From a virus (taxonomy: Duplodnaviria; Caudoviricetes): a DNA stretch of 64,000 nt. The stretch lies in IMG/VR virus record IMGVR_UViG_3300028805_000048; one strand, 5' to 3'. Shown one piece after another: positions 1 through 9,346 of the stretch. Position numbers and translations under genes: made by a program. How positions within the stretch are numbered: position 1 is the stretch's first letter; every line of letters starts with the position of its first letter. Below the pieces are notes generated by a model. The model saw only the letters and a program-made list of their open reading frames with translations. It made no database searches and had not been told where the DNA came from.

Positions 1-1131
1 TTCATTTTCATTACTATCTGTAATCGTAATTGAATATGGATCACTTGCTAATCCAGTAATTGACCAAGTACATACACCAGAACTTGCTGTCATTGCGGGC
101 GAAGTTAAAATAGCTTTTGTATTAGAAATACTTGTTTCAACTAATGTAGCAATTGCTTTTTCTGAAGCGACTTTTGTATCAGATGCAGAAGTCGAAGAAG
201 CAATAGAAGTAACTAATACTCCAGATTTTAAATTAGTTGTTGTCAAATCTGAAATAGTATTATCGTCAGCATCGATTGTTTTGTTAGTTAACGTTTGTGT
301 AGCGTCAAGACGTACAATATCAGATGATTCTGTATTATCTACTTTTTCGACTTTATTTACAAGCGATTCACCAGCAGCAACGTCATCATTTACCAACAAA
401 TAATCGTTTTGTTGCCATTCTATTCCACCGATGGTTTTTGGACCAGTACCAGTCACATAGAATAATGCGCCTTTCTTTTGAGGTAATGGAATGCCTGAAT
501 AGTCTGTAGCAGATGTGATATCCCATGTTCCTACGTAATGAACACCACCAGCGATCGCTGCGTTGATTGCTAATCTAACGGCTTTTTCTGTTGGAATCTT
601 AGCATCGGAAGCACTTGCTGCTACAGCAACAGATGTTGTAAATGCTTTACCAGAATCTTTTGTTTGACCTGCATTATTCCATGTAGCAATATTATCTTCA
701 ACAGCTGTAGAAACTAAATCTTGTTTAGTGGCTAATTGTTTAGGATTAACTGCCAAAACTTCACTAGTACCAGTTACAACTTCTTCATCTGTAGCAATTT
801 CTATCAAACCTTTAGTTGTTGTAGAAGCTTCATTTATGTTAATTTTAAGACCATTACTATCAGCTGAAAAAGTTTCTAATCCAGAAGAACCAGATGTATT
901 CAGTTTTAATTGTACATCTCTTGTACCATCTATCTGTTCAACACCATTCTGGAATGTATAATCACCAGCTGCATTTACCCATTCTGTACCATTCCAGAAA
1001 TATTCTGTATTATCAGTAGTATTGTAATAATGTTGACCAGGTTTAGGATTACTTGGATGGGCTGGTAAATTCTGTAACACAGCGTTTTGTAATTCATTTT
1101 GACCAAGATTTAAATCTGCATAATATTTCAT
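1..1131 (-). CDS. Tail-fibre-like structural protein (3' end runs off the left edge; not in ORF track)
   Basis: ATG at 1131 with upstream AAGGA; open to the window edge: MKYYADLNLGQNELQNAVLQNLP...PGQHYYNTTDNTEYFWNGTEW...ASTTTKGLIEIATDEEV...QTLTNKTID, motifs typical of phage fibre proteins; Thr/Ser/Ala rich. Confidence 0.75.
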   Translation of the reverse strand, partial: MKYYADLNLGQNELQNAVLQNLPAHPSNPKPGQHYYNTTDNTEYFWNGTEWVNAAGDYTFQNGVEQIDGTRDVQLKLNTSGSSGLETFSADSNGLKININEASTTTKGLIEIATDEEVVTGTSEVLAVNPKQLATKQDLVSTAVEDNIATWNNAGQTKDSGKAFTTSVAVAASASDAKIPTEKAVRLAINAAIAGGVHYVGTWDITSATDYSGIPLPQKKGALFYVTGTGPKTIGGIEWQQNDYLLVNDDVAAGESLVNKVEKVDNTESSDIVRLDATQTLTNKTIDADDNTISDLTTTNLKSGVLVTSIASSTSASDTKVASEKAIATLVETSISNTKAILTSPAMTASSGVCTWSITGLASDPYSITITDSNENE

Positions 1132-1159
1132 AGTAATTGATCCTTAATTATAATAAAAA

Positions 1160-1918
1160 TTAATTCAAAAGTGCTTTTCCTTTAAATGGTGATTTAAATT
1201 CGATTTTAACTTTATTTGAAGATAGATAAAATACATCACCAAAAACAACTTCATCTGCTGAATTTACAACTGTTACACTTGGATAAAGGTTCAAATTATG
1301 TTCTATAATCCACGTATCAGCAGGTTCACCTTGTATGTGTATATACGTTTTAGCTAATGCTATATCTAAAGCCTGTTTAACGTTAGATAAATCTTGATAT
1401 TCAGAATTTTCATACTTTATGTTTTCAGCAATCAATTCTGAATGTTCTACAAAATCACCGGTACAACCAATATATTCATATTTATCATTTATCCACAAAT
1501 ATTCATCGTAATAATTGTGATCTTCTGGTAAGTGTCTTGTAGGATCATCATCTTTTTTAATAACCAAATATAGTGTATGATCTATACCTGGTTGAGGTAA
1601 AGATTCTACAACTTCTATCTCAAAAGAATGAATACGTTTAATAATTTGTATCCATTCTTCATTTAATACTGGATATTCTTCTGTAATATCTGATATACTT
1701 TTACCAGCTCTTATTTCTGTATATGTATGTATTCCATCACCAAATATATAATAAAGTTCAAAATCTCTTTCTCTTTCTGGTGGATAATACGCATAAGCTT
1801 GTGTATCAATTGGAATAATTTGATTATAATAGATTCCGCCTTCTTCATAATCAGAAATAGGTCGTATAAAACGATGTATAATTTTATTTTGTCCAATTGC
1901 CATAACGATTTTACTCAA
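1160..1918 (-). CDS. Virion/tail-fibre accessory protein
   Basis: C-terminal WIIEHNLNLYPSVTVVNS...GDVFY...VKIEF..PFKGKALLN motif common in phage tail accessory proteins; preceded by the AAGTTCTAA motif. Confidence 0.6.
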   Translation of the reverse strand: MSKIVMAIGQNKIIHRFIRPISDYEEGGIYYNQIIPIDTQAYAYYPPERERDFELYYIFGDGIHTYTEIRAGKSISDITEEYPVLNEEWIQIIKRIHSFEIEVVESLPQPGIDHTLYLVIKKDDDPTRHLPEDHNYYDEYLWINDKYEYIGCTGDFVEHSELIAENIKYENSEYQDLSNVKQALDIALAKTYIHIQGEPADTWIIEHNLNLYPSVTVVNSADEVVFGDVFYLSSNKVKIEFKSPFKGKALLN

Positions 1919-1945
1919 ACAAATTAATTAATAAAGCGTTATAAA

Positions 1946-1954
1946 TTAGAACTT
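1946..1954 (-). promoter_or_regulatory. Putative late promoter motif AAGTTCTAA
   Basis: One of nine intergenic GTTCTA(A/T) copies, each upstream of and co-oriented with a structural/lysis gene. Confidence 0.6.
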
Positions 1955-1997
1955 TTATCAAATTTTGATAATAGAATAGTAAAATTACAATATTGTA

Positions 1998-2048
1998 TAA
2001 AAAAGAAGAGTAATCAGGAAAAGGAGGGAAACCTTAATTACTCTTCTT
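1998..2048 (-). terminator. Intrinsic terminator with anti-SD loop
   Basis: Stem AAGAAGAGTAAT (2003-2014)/ATTACTCTTCTT (2037-2048) followed by a U-run on the minus strand, downstream of 2088..3122. Confidence 0.7.
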
Positions 2049-2087
2049 ATCAATCTTTATAAATTGACAATAACTAGAACCAAGTTA

Positions 2088-3122
2088 CTATAATTCACCT
2101 CTTTTTCTTAAAATTAACTCTTTATATGTCAAATCTTCTAATTTAACCTTTTTTAAAGGCTTACCAGTTTTTATTTTTTTAATTTCTTGAGATTGTTTTG
2201 CTATTAAAGAAGATGATAGACCATATCTTTGTTTATATGTAGGTGATAAACTTTTAATAAACTGTAATATTTTTGGACTTACTAAACCAGCTCTATATAA
2301 AAATATTTTTCCAAGTAGTAATGTTTTTTTATCAAAACCAATAGGATCTTGCTTTTCATAAAACTTTTTTATATTATCATATAACTTTACACCATCAGGA
2401 TAATTTTTTGCAATAAGCAAAGCTTTATTTAATATATTATTTATTTCAGTTTGACTTTCTATATAATCTGGAGTATGGTTATTATCAGGAACAACATCAC
2501 CTAAACATTTATCACCTTTTCCATCTTCTAATTTTGAATCTAGAGAAAGTTTAAAAATTGAAGAATTTTCATCTTGCGTTGCTAAAAATGCCTTATGCTT
2601 TCTATCACCAGAAATCGATAATCTGATAATATACAAAAACTCTTTATATAACATTGGATTATATTCAACAGTAGATGCTTTTTTTAACGTTTCTGGAAAA
2701 AACCAACGAGTACGATAAAAATTACAAATTTTTACATATTTTAAATAAAATTCTGCAGCTTGATCTTCATAATTACCGTTAGAATTAGCTAATTTATATC
2801 CATTATATTCTATATATCCTTTTAAATATGAAATTAATGACTTTACACATCTGTCAAATCTTTCAGGATCAGAATTCATAATTGGTTGATGATTTATCAA
2901 ATAATGTGTAACTTCTTCAACTGTCTTAAATTTTTTAAGTTTTTCAATTACTTCTAACAATTCTTCATGTGTTAAACACGTATAAATTAATAAATCTTCA
3001 TCGTTTTTACAAGCGCTTAAAAAGGCTTGAATATCTGTATAACCAGATTCAACAAATTTCTTAAAATTTTGTTTTCTATTAGTTCTTTTTAAAATTTTAG
3101 CTTTTTTAATACCACCAATCAT
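2088..3122 (-). CDS. Divergent phage sigma-factor-like protein
   Basis: SLDSKLEDGKGDKCLGDVVPD resembles sigma70 region 3.2 (SLExPIGDDEDSxLGDFIED); basic, helical; located in the gp46/gp47 neighbourhood as gp55 is in T4. Confidence 0.45.
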   Translation of the reverse strand: MIGGIKKAKILKRTNRKQNFKKFVESGYTDIQAFLSACKNDEDLLIYTCLTHEELLEVIEKLKKFKTVEEVTHYLINHQPIMNSDPERFDRCVKSLISYLKGYIEYNGYKLANSNGNYEDQAAEFYLKYVKICNFYRTRWFFPETLKKASTVEYNPMLYKEFLYIIRLSISGDRKHKAFLATQDENSSIFKLSLDSKLEDGKGDKCLGDVVPDNNHTPDYIESQTEINNILNKALLIAKNYPDGVKLYDNIKKFYEKQDPIGFDKKTLLLGKIFLYRAGLVSPKILQFIKSLSPTYKQRYGLSSSLIAKQSQEIKKIKTGKPLKKVKLEDLTYKELILRKRGEL

Positions 3123-3215
3123 ATATTTGCTTCCTTTTTAAAAAATTAATATATTTATATTAAGTCAAAACTAGTAAAAATTGTAAAATCATTAAAAAAT
3201 TAAATTTCCATATAG

Positions 3216-3662
3216 TTAATTAAAATCACCTAAATTTTTATTTGTCTGTCCACATATAAAATACAAATCACTCATATATAAAGACCAAGCATAAACAAGA
3301 TTATGTAATTCTATAAGACCTTCTAAAACATTACTATCTTCAGAATAATAAGTAATCACATTTTCTGAAATCTTTTCACCACATCCTTTTGCTTTTTTGA
3401 TAGCACTTCTAACTTGTTCATTTCGCTTTTTGTCAATCAATGCTTGTATTTTCTTTTCATACAATTGTATTTGTGAACGAAAATAAGCTAAATTAATAAG
3501 ACTCATATGACGTTTATCTGTTGACAAATTAGCAAATTTTTGTATATTTTGCATAAAATTAATAAAACTAACAACATCTTTATCTTCTTTGAAAATAAGA
3601 TTAAGTTGATCTTTAATAGATTCATAATCAAGTGCCTCTACTTTTTCAATATCAAATTCCAT
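3216..3662 (-). CDS. UvsY-like recombination mediator (putative)
   Basis: 148 aa all-helical protein with EKISENVITYYSED segment; size and position next to SSB and Mre11/Rad50. Confidence 0.4.
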   Translation of the reverse strand: MEFDIEKVEALDYESIKDQLNLIFKEDKDVVSFINFMQNIQKFANLSTDKRHMSLINLAYFRSQIQLYEKKIQALIDKKRNEQVRSAIKKAKGCGEKISENVITYYSEDSNVLEGLIELHNLVYAWSLYMSDLYFICGQTNKNLGDFN

Positions 3663-4027
3663 CTTTTTACTCCTTTATATCTGAATTGTTTTCCGTATTT
3701 TCCATATCCACCAGTGAGATAATTATTTTTATAATTGAATTCTTGATCTTTAATGACTTCAAATTCTATATCTGGATTTACTATGTAACAATCACCACAT
3801 CCATGAGATATAAAATCTAAATGAATATCAAAATATTTATCCATTATTTCAAACGCTTTATCAAAAAATCTCCTTGGATCATCTGAATCATATGAAGAAC
3901 TTTGACCAAAATTTTTACCGAAACATTCATCATCTTTTGGAAAATATTCACTTACAATTTCAGCTGCTTCTCTAGGAACACCATATAAGATAAGTAAAGT
4001 TATTTGATCTTCTGTTAATTGTATCAT
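3638..4027 (-). CDS. Hypothetical protein
   Basis: 129 aa ORF, GAGG RBS, tightly packed in the operon. Confidence 0.7.
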   Translation of the reverse strand: MIQLTEDQITLLILYGVPREAAEIVSEYFPKDDECFGKNFGQSSSYDSDDPRRFFDKAFEIMDKYFDIHLDFISHGCGDCYIVNPDIEFEVIKDQEFNYKNNYLTGGYGKYGKQFRYKGVKRWNLILKK

Positions 4028-4140
4028 TCATGTTTCCTCTTTTTTAAATAAATAATAATAGATAACACTAACACAAAAAAGAATATTATAACAAGAATAA
4101 AACCAAGAAATTTAAATATTCCATCTAATATACTTATCAA
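4024..4140 (-). CDS. Small single-pass membrane protein (38 aa; not in ORF track)
   Basis: TTG start; MISILDGIFKFLGFILVIIFFFVLVLSIIIYLKKRKHE*; fills the gap exactly and its TGA overlaps the next ATG (ATGA). Confidence 0.6.
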   Translation of the reverse strand: MISILDGIFKFLGFILVIIFFFVLVLSIIIYLKKRKHE

Positions 4141-4142
4141 AT

Positions 4143-4967
4143 TTAAAACCATAACTGTATCTCTTCATCGTGTTCATAGATATTTATTTCACAATCTGAT
4201 TCTTGTCTTAATAATTCTTCAAAGGCGTTTGTTAATTCTGTTTTTTTATTATTTGCATTCGCTAATAAAATTCTTTTTGGTTTCAATCTTAATATTTTCC
4301 CAACAACTAAAGCTACTTCCATAATATTATCAGCTTCAAAATCTTCCCAATAAAAACCAAAAACTTCACTACCAATACGTCCAATCAATTTGCCTTCATG
4401 ATCTTTATATCCAACAGAAATATAATGGTTTTCTCTAGGTGTTAACATAAAGTTTAGCCTATCTTTTCCAAAACCTACTTCATCATCACCTTTTTTATAC
4501 GATGCATATTCCAATAAATTTTCTAAAGACAAATACATACTATCCGCTATTCTTCTATTAACTCTTTCTAAGCCTTCTGTACTAGAATGATCATGATGTT
4601 CATTACATAAAGAAACTAAATTATATTCTTCATATAAAAGATCTTTACGTTTACTTCTGAGATGTATATGATGTACTTGAGTTGCTGGTTTACCACAAAC
4701 GACACATTTGTAATTATCACGTTCTAATACTTTATTACGAACTTCTTCCCACTTAGCTTTAGCTTTGTCATTTTGTTTTTTTAATGGCGTTTTAATTAAT
4801 TCTTTTCCATTATCTTTTAAACTCTTTGTCTTTTTTAATTCTATTCCTTTATTTTTTAAAAAATTAACTTTCTTTAAAGAAGAATTCACCTTTAAACCAT
4901 TTTTATTAGATTTCAAAGGTGTTCTTTTAAGTAATTTATTTCCTGTCTTTAAAGCAGTTTTTTTCAT
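4143..4967 (-). CDS. HNH endonuclease with basic N-terminal repeats and extra C-terminal domain
   Basis: VLERDNYKCVVCG...QVHHI...NLVSLCNEHH = HNH signature; N-terminal LK(K/R)TPLK-like repeats. Confidence 0.85.
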   Translation of the reverse strand: MKKTALKTGNKLLKRTPLKSNKNGLKVNSSLKKVNFLKNKGIELKKTKSLKDNGKELIKTPLKKQNDKAKAKWEEVRNKVLERDNYKCVVCGKPATQVHHIHLRSKRKDLLYEEYNLVSLCNEHHDHSSTEGLERVNRRIADSMYLSLENLLEYASYKKGDDEVGFGKDRLNFMLTPRENHYISVGYKDHEGKLIGRIGSEVFGFYWEDFEADNIMEVALVVGKILRLKPKRILLANANNKKTELTNAFEELLRQESDCEINIYEHDEEIQLWF

Positions 4968-4978
4968 ATAAACCTCTC

Positions 4979-5031
4979 AAGAGCGTGACAGGAAGGAACT
5001 TATCATGCAAACAAAAACCTATCACGCTCTT
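4979..5031 (-). promoter_or_regulatory. RNA hairpin between ssb and HNH genes
   Basis: AAGAGCGTGACAGG (4979-4992)/CCTATCACGCTCTT (5018-5031); the single mismatch becomes G-U on the minus strand; ends directly before the HNH RBS. Confidence 0.65.
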
Positions 5032-5047
5032 AACCAATGATCACTAA

Positions 5048-5920
5048 TTAAAAAGGAACGTCATCCCATCCTTCATTAGCAATCGTTTCAGCAGCAACAT
5101 TGTTTGTAGCAAAACTATTAGTAGTATCTGTAGTTTGTTCAGCCGATTTACTCATAGCATCACGGGCCGCTACATAATTTTTAATCATGTCTTCAGCAAT
5201 TTGATTTACTTCCATAAATTCTTGATCAGAAGGCATCTTCCACAAATCAGGAAGTGTAAGCTGCTCATTTTCTTCTTTAAGTTTTGCAATAACTTCAGGA
5301 GAAGGTCTAAATTCTTTAAAACTAAACTCACGTTCCCATTTACCTGTATCACCAGGACGTGAAAACTTAATTGGATTACTAGATTCAATAGTCGTAAAGT
5401 TAGGAATTTCATTACTAGCATACTTTTGAGCCATCCAAACAGTCATAAAAGAACCATTTTGCTGTAAAACAGAAATGTGTGCTTTATCCCAATCGTTTCT
5501 TTCATCAGACTGAAGAACAACAACCTTAGCATTTGATGAAAATCTAGGATCAAATACAGGATCTGGACCAAATTTACCTTGTGTACATAACTGATCCTCA
5601 GTGAAACCCATCTTCAACAATTTTCTCTTAGCTTCACAAATCGGACATTTAATGCCTTTACCTTTAAGATGCACCGTCTCTTCAGGACATACAAATCTCT
5701 TAAACTGACCGTTACCTAAATCCAGCCAGTGAGTCCCTACAATATGACAAAAAACATTATCTTCTCTTGTATTAGCTGGCATTACTTTAAAAATGATATT
5801 CTTTTTAAAACCATGTTTATAACGAACCCATTCTATATCTGGTAAAGAACCAGAAGAATTATCAGTAGTATCATTTTTGAGCATTTGTTTCATCCATTCT
5901 TCATTAAAAACTTTTTCCAT
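5048..5920 (-). CDS. Single-stranded DNA-binding protein, T4 gp32-like
   Basis: His/Cys zinc ligands (HW...FVCP...CPICE), acidic C-terminal tail ending WDDVPF, recombination-gene context. Confidence 0.8.
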   Translation of the reverse strand: MEKVFNEEWMKQMLKNDTTDNSSGSLPDIEWVRYKHGFKKNIIFKVMPANTREDNVFCHIVGTHWLDLGNGQFKRFVCPEETVHLKGKGIKCPICEAKRKLLKMGFTEDQLCTQGKFGPDPVFDPRFSSNAKVVVLQSDERNDWDKAHISVLQQNGSFMTVWMAQKYASNEIPNFTTIESSNPIKFSRPGDTGKWEREFSFKEFRPSPEVIAKLKEENEQLTLPDLWKMPSDQEFMEVNQIAEDMIKNYVAARDAMSKSAEQTTDTTNSFATNNVAAETIANEGWDDVPF

Positions 5921-5983
5921 GTTAAAATTCCTTTAAAAAAATAAACATTTTATCGAAAACAAGATTTTTTATATCTTGTGTAT

Positions 5984-6028
5984 TATAGAATACAAATAAT
6001 TATTAATTTCTAATCAAAAAAATTTCCA
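5984..6028 (-). promoter_or_regulatory. Putative bipartite promoter TGGAA-N33-TTCTATA (ssb)
   Basis: TTCCA at 6024-6028 and TAGAA at 5986-5990 on plus strand; same spacing recurs at other non-structural genes. Confidence 0.55.
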
Positions 6029-6031
6029 TTT

Positions 6032-7090
6032 CTAATTAACTTTATCCAATAATCTTTTACCTTCTGTTATTAAAGCTTCTTTCTGTTCATCTGTATTTTC
6101 AGATTTATTAACAAATTGTTTAATAACATCAAGATTATTAGTAGTGTTTGATAAATCAGTTTCAATATTTTTAGATATAGAAATTCTATTTATGTCAACG
6201 TGTATATTTTTACCTTTCATTCTATCTATCTTAGCTTTAATTTCATCAGTTAATAGAATGTCTGTTGTAACATTAACATCAATATAATTATTATCATCAA
6301 TCTTCAAAATTTCTTCAATATTATCATCATTAAAACACAACCAATCTGGACATTCAAAACTACGTCTTTCTATTTTATCCATTTTTGTATCATAAATAAG
6401 AATATTTCGACGTGATATTCCTTTATCTTTAAAAGATAACCGTTGTGTAGAACCAGCTATTTGTATTTTATGTCCATAACTTCCACCAGAATGATAATGC
6501 CCTTGTAATGTCATTTTGAATTGATTTAATAAATCTAAAGGAACACCTTTTTGAGTAACTATACCATTACCAAGATTAATTCCACCTAATTCAAGATGTG
6601 AAAAGATAATTTTATTTTGTTTATCTTTTATATTTTCAAGAAATCTTATAGCTTCATCGTCATTAAGACAATAAGGCATATATACACATTCATAATGCAT
6701 ATCTTCACACAAATACTCTATTTCTTCTGGTTTAACATGAAGTTTAATATTAGGTAGATATTTTAATGCTTCTAACTTGTGTATTTGAAGATTGTTATCA
6801 ACTATATCATGATTTCCAAGAATAATGTCAAGAGATATTTTGGCATCGTTAAACTTTTTAAAAAAATCTAACACAGCTTTTAAAGTTTGGGCAGATATAT
6901 TATCGCCAACCGGGCCCCAAATATCACCAAGACAAACTAACTTATCGATATGTTCTTCTTGATATAGTCTTATTAAAGTATCAGCACAAGACAAATGCTC
7001 TAATTCACGAATTGTAAAACCAGAATCAGTAATATGTGAAAATCGATGTGTATGATGAAAATGTATATCACCAAAAGCCATTATTCTCAT
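6032..7090 (-). CDS. Mre11/SbcD-like recombination nuclease (T4 gp47-like)
   Basis: Phosphoesterase motifs GDIH, LGD, GNHD, SH, GHYH; adjacent to Rad50-like gene. Confidence 0.92.
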   Translation of the reverse strand: MRIMAFGDIHFHHTHRFSHITDSGFTIRELEHLSCADTLIRLYQEEHIDKLVCLGDIWGPVGDNISAQTLKAVLDFFKKFNDAKISLDIILGNHDIVDNNLQIHKLEALKYLPNIKLHVKPEEIEYLCEDMHYECVYMPYCLNDDEAIRFLENIKDKQNKIIFSHLELGGINLGNGIVTQKGVPLDLLNQFKMTLQGHYHSGGSYGHKIQIAGSTQRLSFKDKGISRRNILIYDTKMDKIERRSFECPDWLCFNDDNIEEILKIDDNNYIDVNVTTDILLTDEIKAKIDRMKGKNIHVDINRISISKNIETDLSNTTNNLDVIKQFVNKSENTDEQKEALITEGKRLLDKVN

Positions 7091-7091
7091 G

Positions 7092-8957
7092 TTACTTCTC
7101 CTCTATAGTCGTTACACCAAGTGATTTAGTGCATATGATTTTGTTTTGTATACTTTCTTTTACAGCTGGATGATTAGTAATCCAATATACAGATTCAGAT
7201 GTATCACTCTTATCTTCAATGATATTGATAAGTTGTTGTACACCGACAGGATCTAATTCAGATTCTATTTCATCTAACCATAACATATTAAAACTTACTT
7301 GTGATGTTGCTTGAATTAAATCATAAAGACCTAATTGAATAGCGATATTAAGTCGCTTTTTTTCACCACCAGATAAGCTTGTTACTTTTTTCTGAATACC
7401 ATTACTATTTATCAAGATATTGATGTCTGCACCATCCAAACGTAATTCTACATCTGTATTGCTGAAAAATTCGTGGATGTATTTTTGCATACAACTGTTT
7501 AAATATGCTATATCTTGTTTCAATAAATACGGTCTCAGTTCACCTTTTGATCCAAGTAACTTGTAAAAATAATCAGATAACTGCCTTTTGTTTTCAAGCG
7601 ATTTAAGTTGTCGAGCTACTTCGATTTCACCAGTGTCAAGATCAGCTATTTCTTTTTTATAAATAGACATGTCTTGAACCAACTTATCTACCTGGGAAGA
7701 GTGGGACTTCTTTTCAAGTTCCAGCCGAGCTAACTCTTGCGTATTTGCCAGCACTTTACTCTTTAGACTGTTTATCAATGAGTTATTTTCAGTCAATTTA
7801 GTTTTTAATTCTTTTAAAGAACTTTCACTAGCTTGTAATTGACTATTTACTTGTGCCCATTCTTGTCTTTTCTTTAAAAGATCATTATTCAAACCTTTTA
7901 TTTTTTCATCAACAAGAATCATGTCCTTATTAAGTTGATCACGATGGTTTGATTTTTCAGATTTTTCTTGTTCTGTTCTATCTAATAAATGACCACAAGT
8001 AGGACATCTATCGTTTTTAAACCAAGCTTCGATAAGATCAATATCCTTGACTTTCTCTTTCCGTTCGTATTCCGCACTCTGAAGAGTTAGTTTAATATTG
8101 TTAGCCTCATCTACTATCTCATTAAGTCTTTTTTGTAAAGAATTATTTGATGTTTCTTCTAAAGTTTTTGAAAAATTGGTACCGTTTTCTTCATTAACTT
8201 TAATTTCATTGTTACAATTGCTTATTTCGTTTTGTAACGCATCAATTTTAGCATTTATTTTTGCTTCATCGAAAGATTCAACAAGTACTCTATAGTTTTC
8301 CCCCGTAGTATCTAACATCTTTTGATAAGTTGTTTTACTACCATTCATGTTACTTAATTTTAAATTAAGTTCCTGTATTTCCTTGTTGTAAATTTTAATG
8401 TCTTTATTAGCTTCATCACGAACTTTATCCCAAACAGAATAATCACGTATACTTTCTAAAGTTTGTACACGTTGCTGAGGAGTAAGCTCAGAAAAAGCAG
8501 ACTTAATATCATGAGTCATCATAATTGTACTATGGAGCAACTCAAAAGGTATCTTGAATAATTGATTTATACGATTTTGTGTATCAGCAATTTTATGACA
8601 CGTTAAATCTTGTCCACCAATTTCAAGAAAAAGATTATTGCCAAACTCAGAATCTTTTCTAGTACGTGTTATCTTTATATTTCCTTGATCAGAATCAATA
8701 TAAAGAATTACACGACAATTTTTACCTGTTTTGGCATTAACAATATCATCTGCAAGAACTTCATTTGTTAAGGCATTACCAGTTAAACACCAATAAATAC
8801 TTGATAACAAAGAACTTTTTCCAGAACCATTGAAGCTTCCTTTTTCATCATTGTTAATTCCTTCAACAGAATATAAACCTTGTTTAATAGAAAACACAAT
8901 TTTAGATTGTATACTTCTAAAATTTTCAATTTCTATTTGGCGTATATTAAATTGCAT
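7092..8957 (-). CDS. Rad50/SbcC-like SMC ATPase (T4 gp46-like)
   Basis: IENFRS, Walker A NGSGKSS, coiled coil with CPTC zinc hook, LSGGE signature, Walker B LWLDE, H-loop. Confidence 0.95.
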   Translation of the reverse strand: MQFNIRQIEIENFRSIQSKIVFSIKQGLYSVEGINNDEKGSFNGSGKSSLLSSIYWCLTGNALTNEVLADDIVNAKTGKNCRVILYIDSDQGNIKITRTRKDSEFGNNLFLEIGGQDLTCHKIADTQNRINQLFKIPFELLHSTIMMTHDIKSAFSELTPQQRVQTLESIRDYSVWDKVRDEANKDIKIYNKEIQELNLKLSNMNGSKTTYQKMLDTTGENYRVLVESFDEAKINAKIDALQNEISNCNNEIKVNEENGTNFSKTLEETSNNSLQKRLNEIVDEANNIKLTLQSAEYERKEKVKDIDLIEAWFKNDRCPTCGHLLDRTEQEKSEKSNHRDQLNKDMILVDEKIKGLNNDLLKKRQEWAQVNSQLQASESSLKELKTKLTENNSLINSLKSKVLANTQELARLELEKKSHSSQVDKLVQDMSIYKKEIADLDTGEIEVARQLKSLENKRQLSDYFYKLLGSKGELRPYLLKQDIAYLNSCMQKYIHEFFSNTDVELRLDGADINILINSNGIQKKVTSLSGGEKKRLNIAIQLGLYDLIQATSQVSFNMLWLDEIESELDPVGVQQLINIIEDKSDTSESVYWITNHPAVKESIQNKIICTKSLGVTTIEEK

Positions 8958-8989
8958 AAAAAAGACTCCTATATTCAGTAATCACCATA

Positions 8990-9034
8990 TATAGAAGTCC
9001 AATAATGATATATTTCTACGTAATTAAATTTCCA
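8990..9034 (-). promoter_or_regulatory. Putative bipartite promoter TGGAA-N33-TTCTATA (gp46/47)
   Basis: TTCCA 9030-9034 and TAGAA 8992-8996 on plus strand. Confidence 0.55.
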
Positions 9035-9040
9035 AATAGT

Positions 9041-9346
9041 TTAAAAAATTCTTTTAAAAAATGCTTTTAATACATTGAAAATATTACCAAAAAACGATTT
9101 TTTATAAGAAACGCTTAAAAATTCTTCTTCTTTAAAAACGTTATTCACAATTGTCCATTTTTTATTAGCAGAAGATTGAAATTCTCTACCTTCATCTTCA
9201 GCAAATTCATAAATATCAAATTCATAATCATTAAATAATTCTTTAAATTTCTTATTTTTCTTAAGAATATCACGAACTGTCATAATAAAAGTTGTCTTTC
9301 CGACAGCCATTTTACCCTTAACGAAAATATTAATTTTCTTTGTCAT
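9041..9346 (-). CDS. Small protein with P-loop-like motif
   Basis: IFVKGKMAVGKTT near N-terminus; only 101 aa. Confidence 0.55.
   Translation of the reverse strand: MTKKINIFVKGKMAVGKTTFIMTVRDILKKNKKFKELFNDYEFDIYEFAEDEGREFQSSANKKWTIVNNVFKEEEFLSVSYKKSFFGNIFNVLKAFFKRIF

Noticed and set aside
324-961. Short plus-strand ORFs (and similar shadow ORFs such as 14233, 16367, 21393, 28797, 60410)
   Set aside because: Antisense or out-of-frame overlaps of longer well-supported genes, no RBS or motifs
9041-9346. Nucleotide kinase call for the P-loop protein
   Set aside because: Too short for a full kinase fold; only the Walker A-like motif is visible
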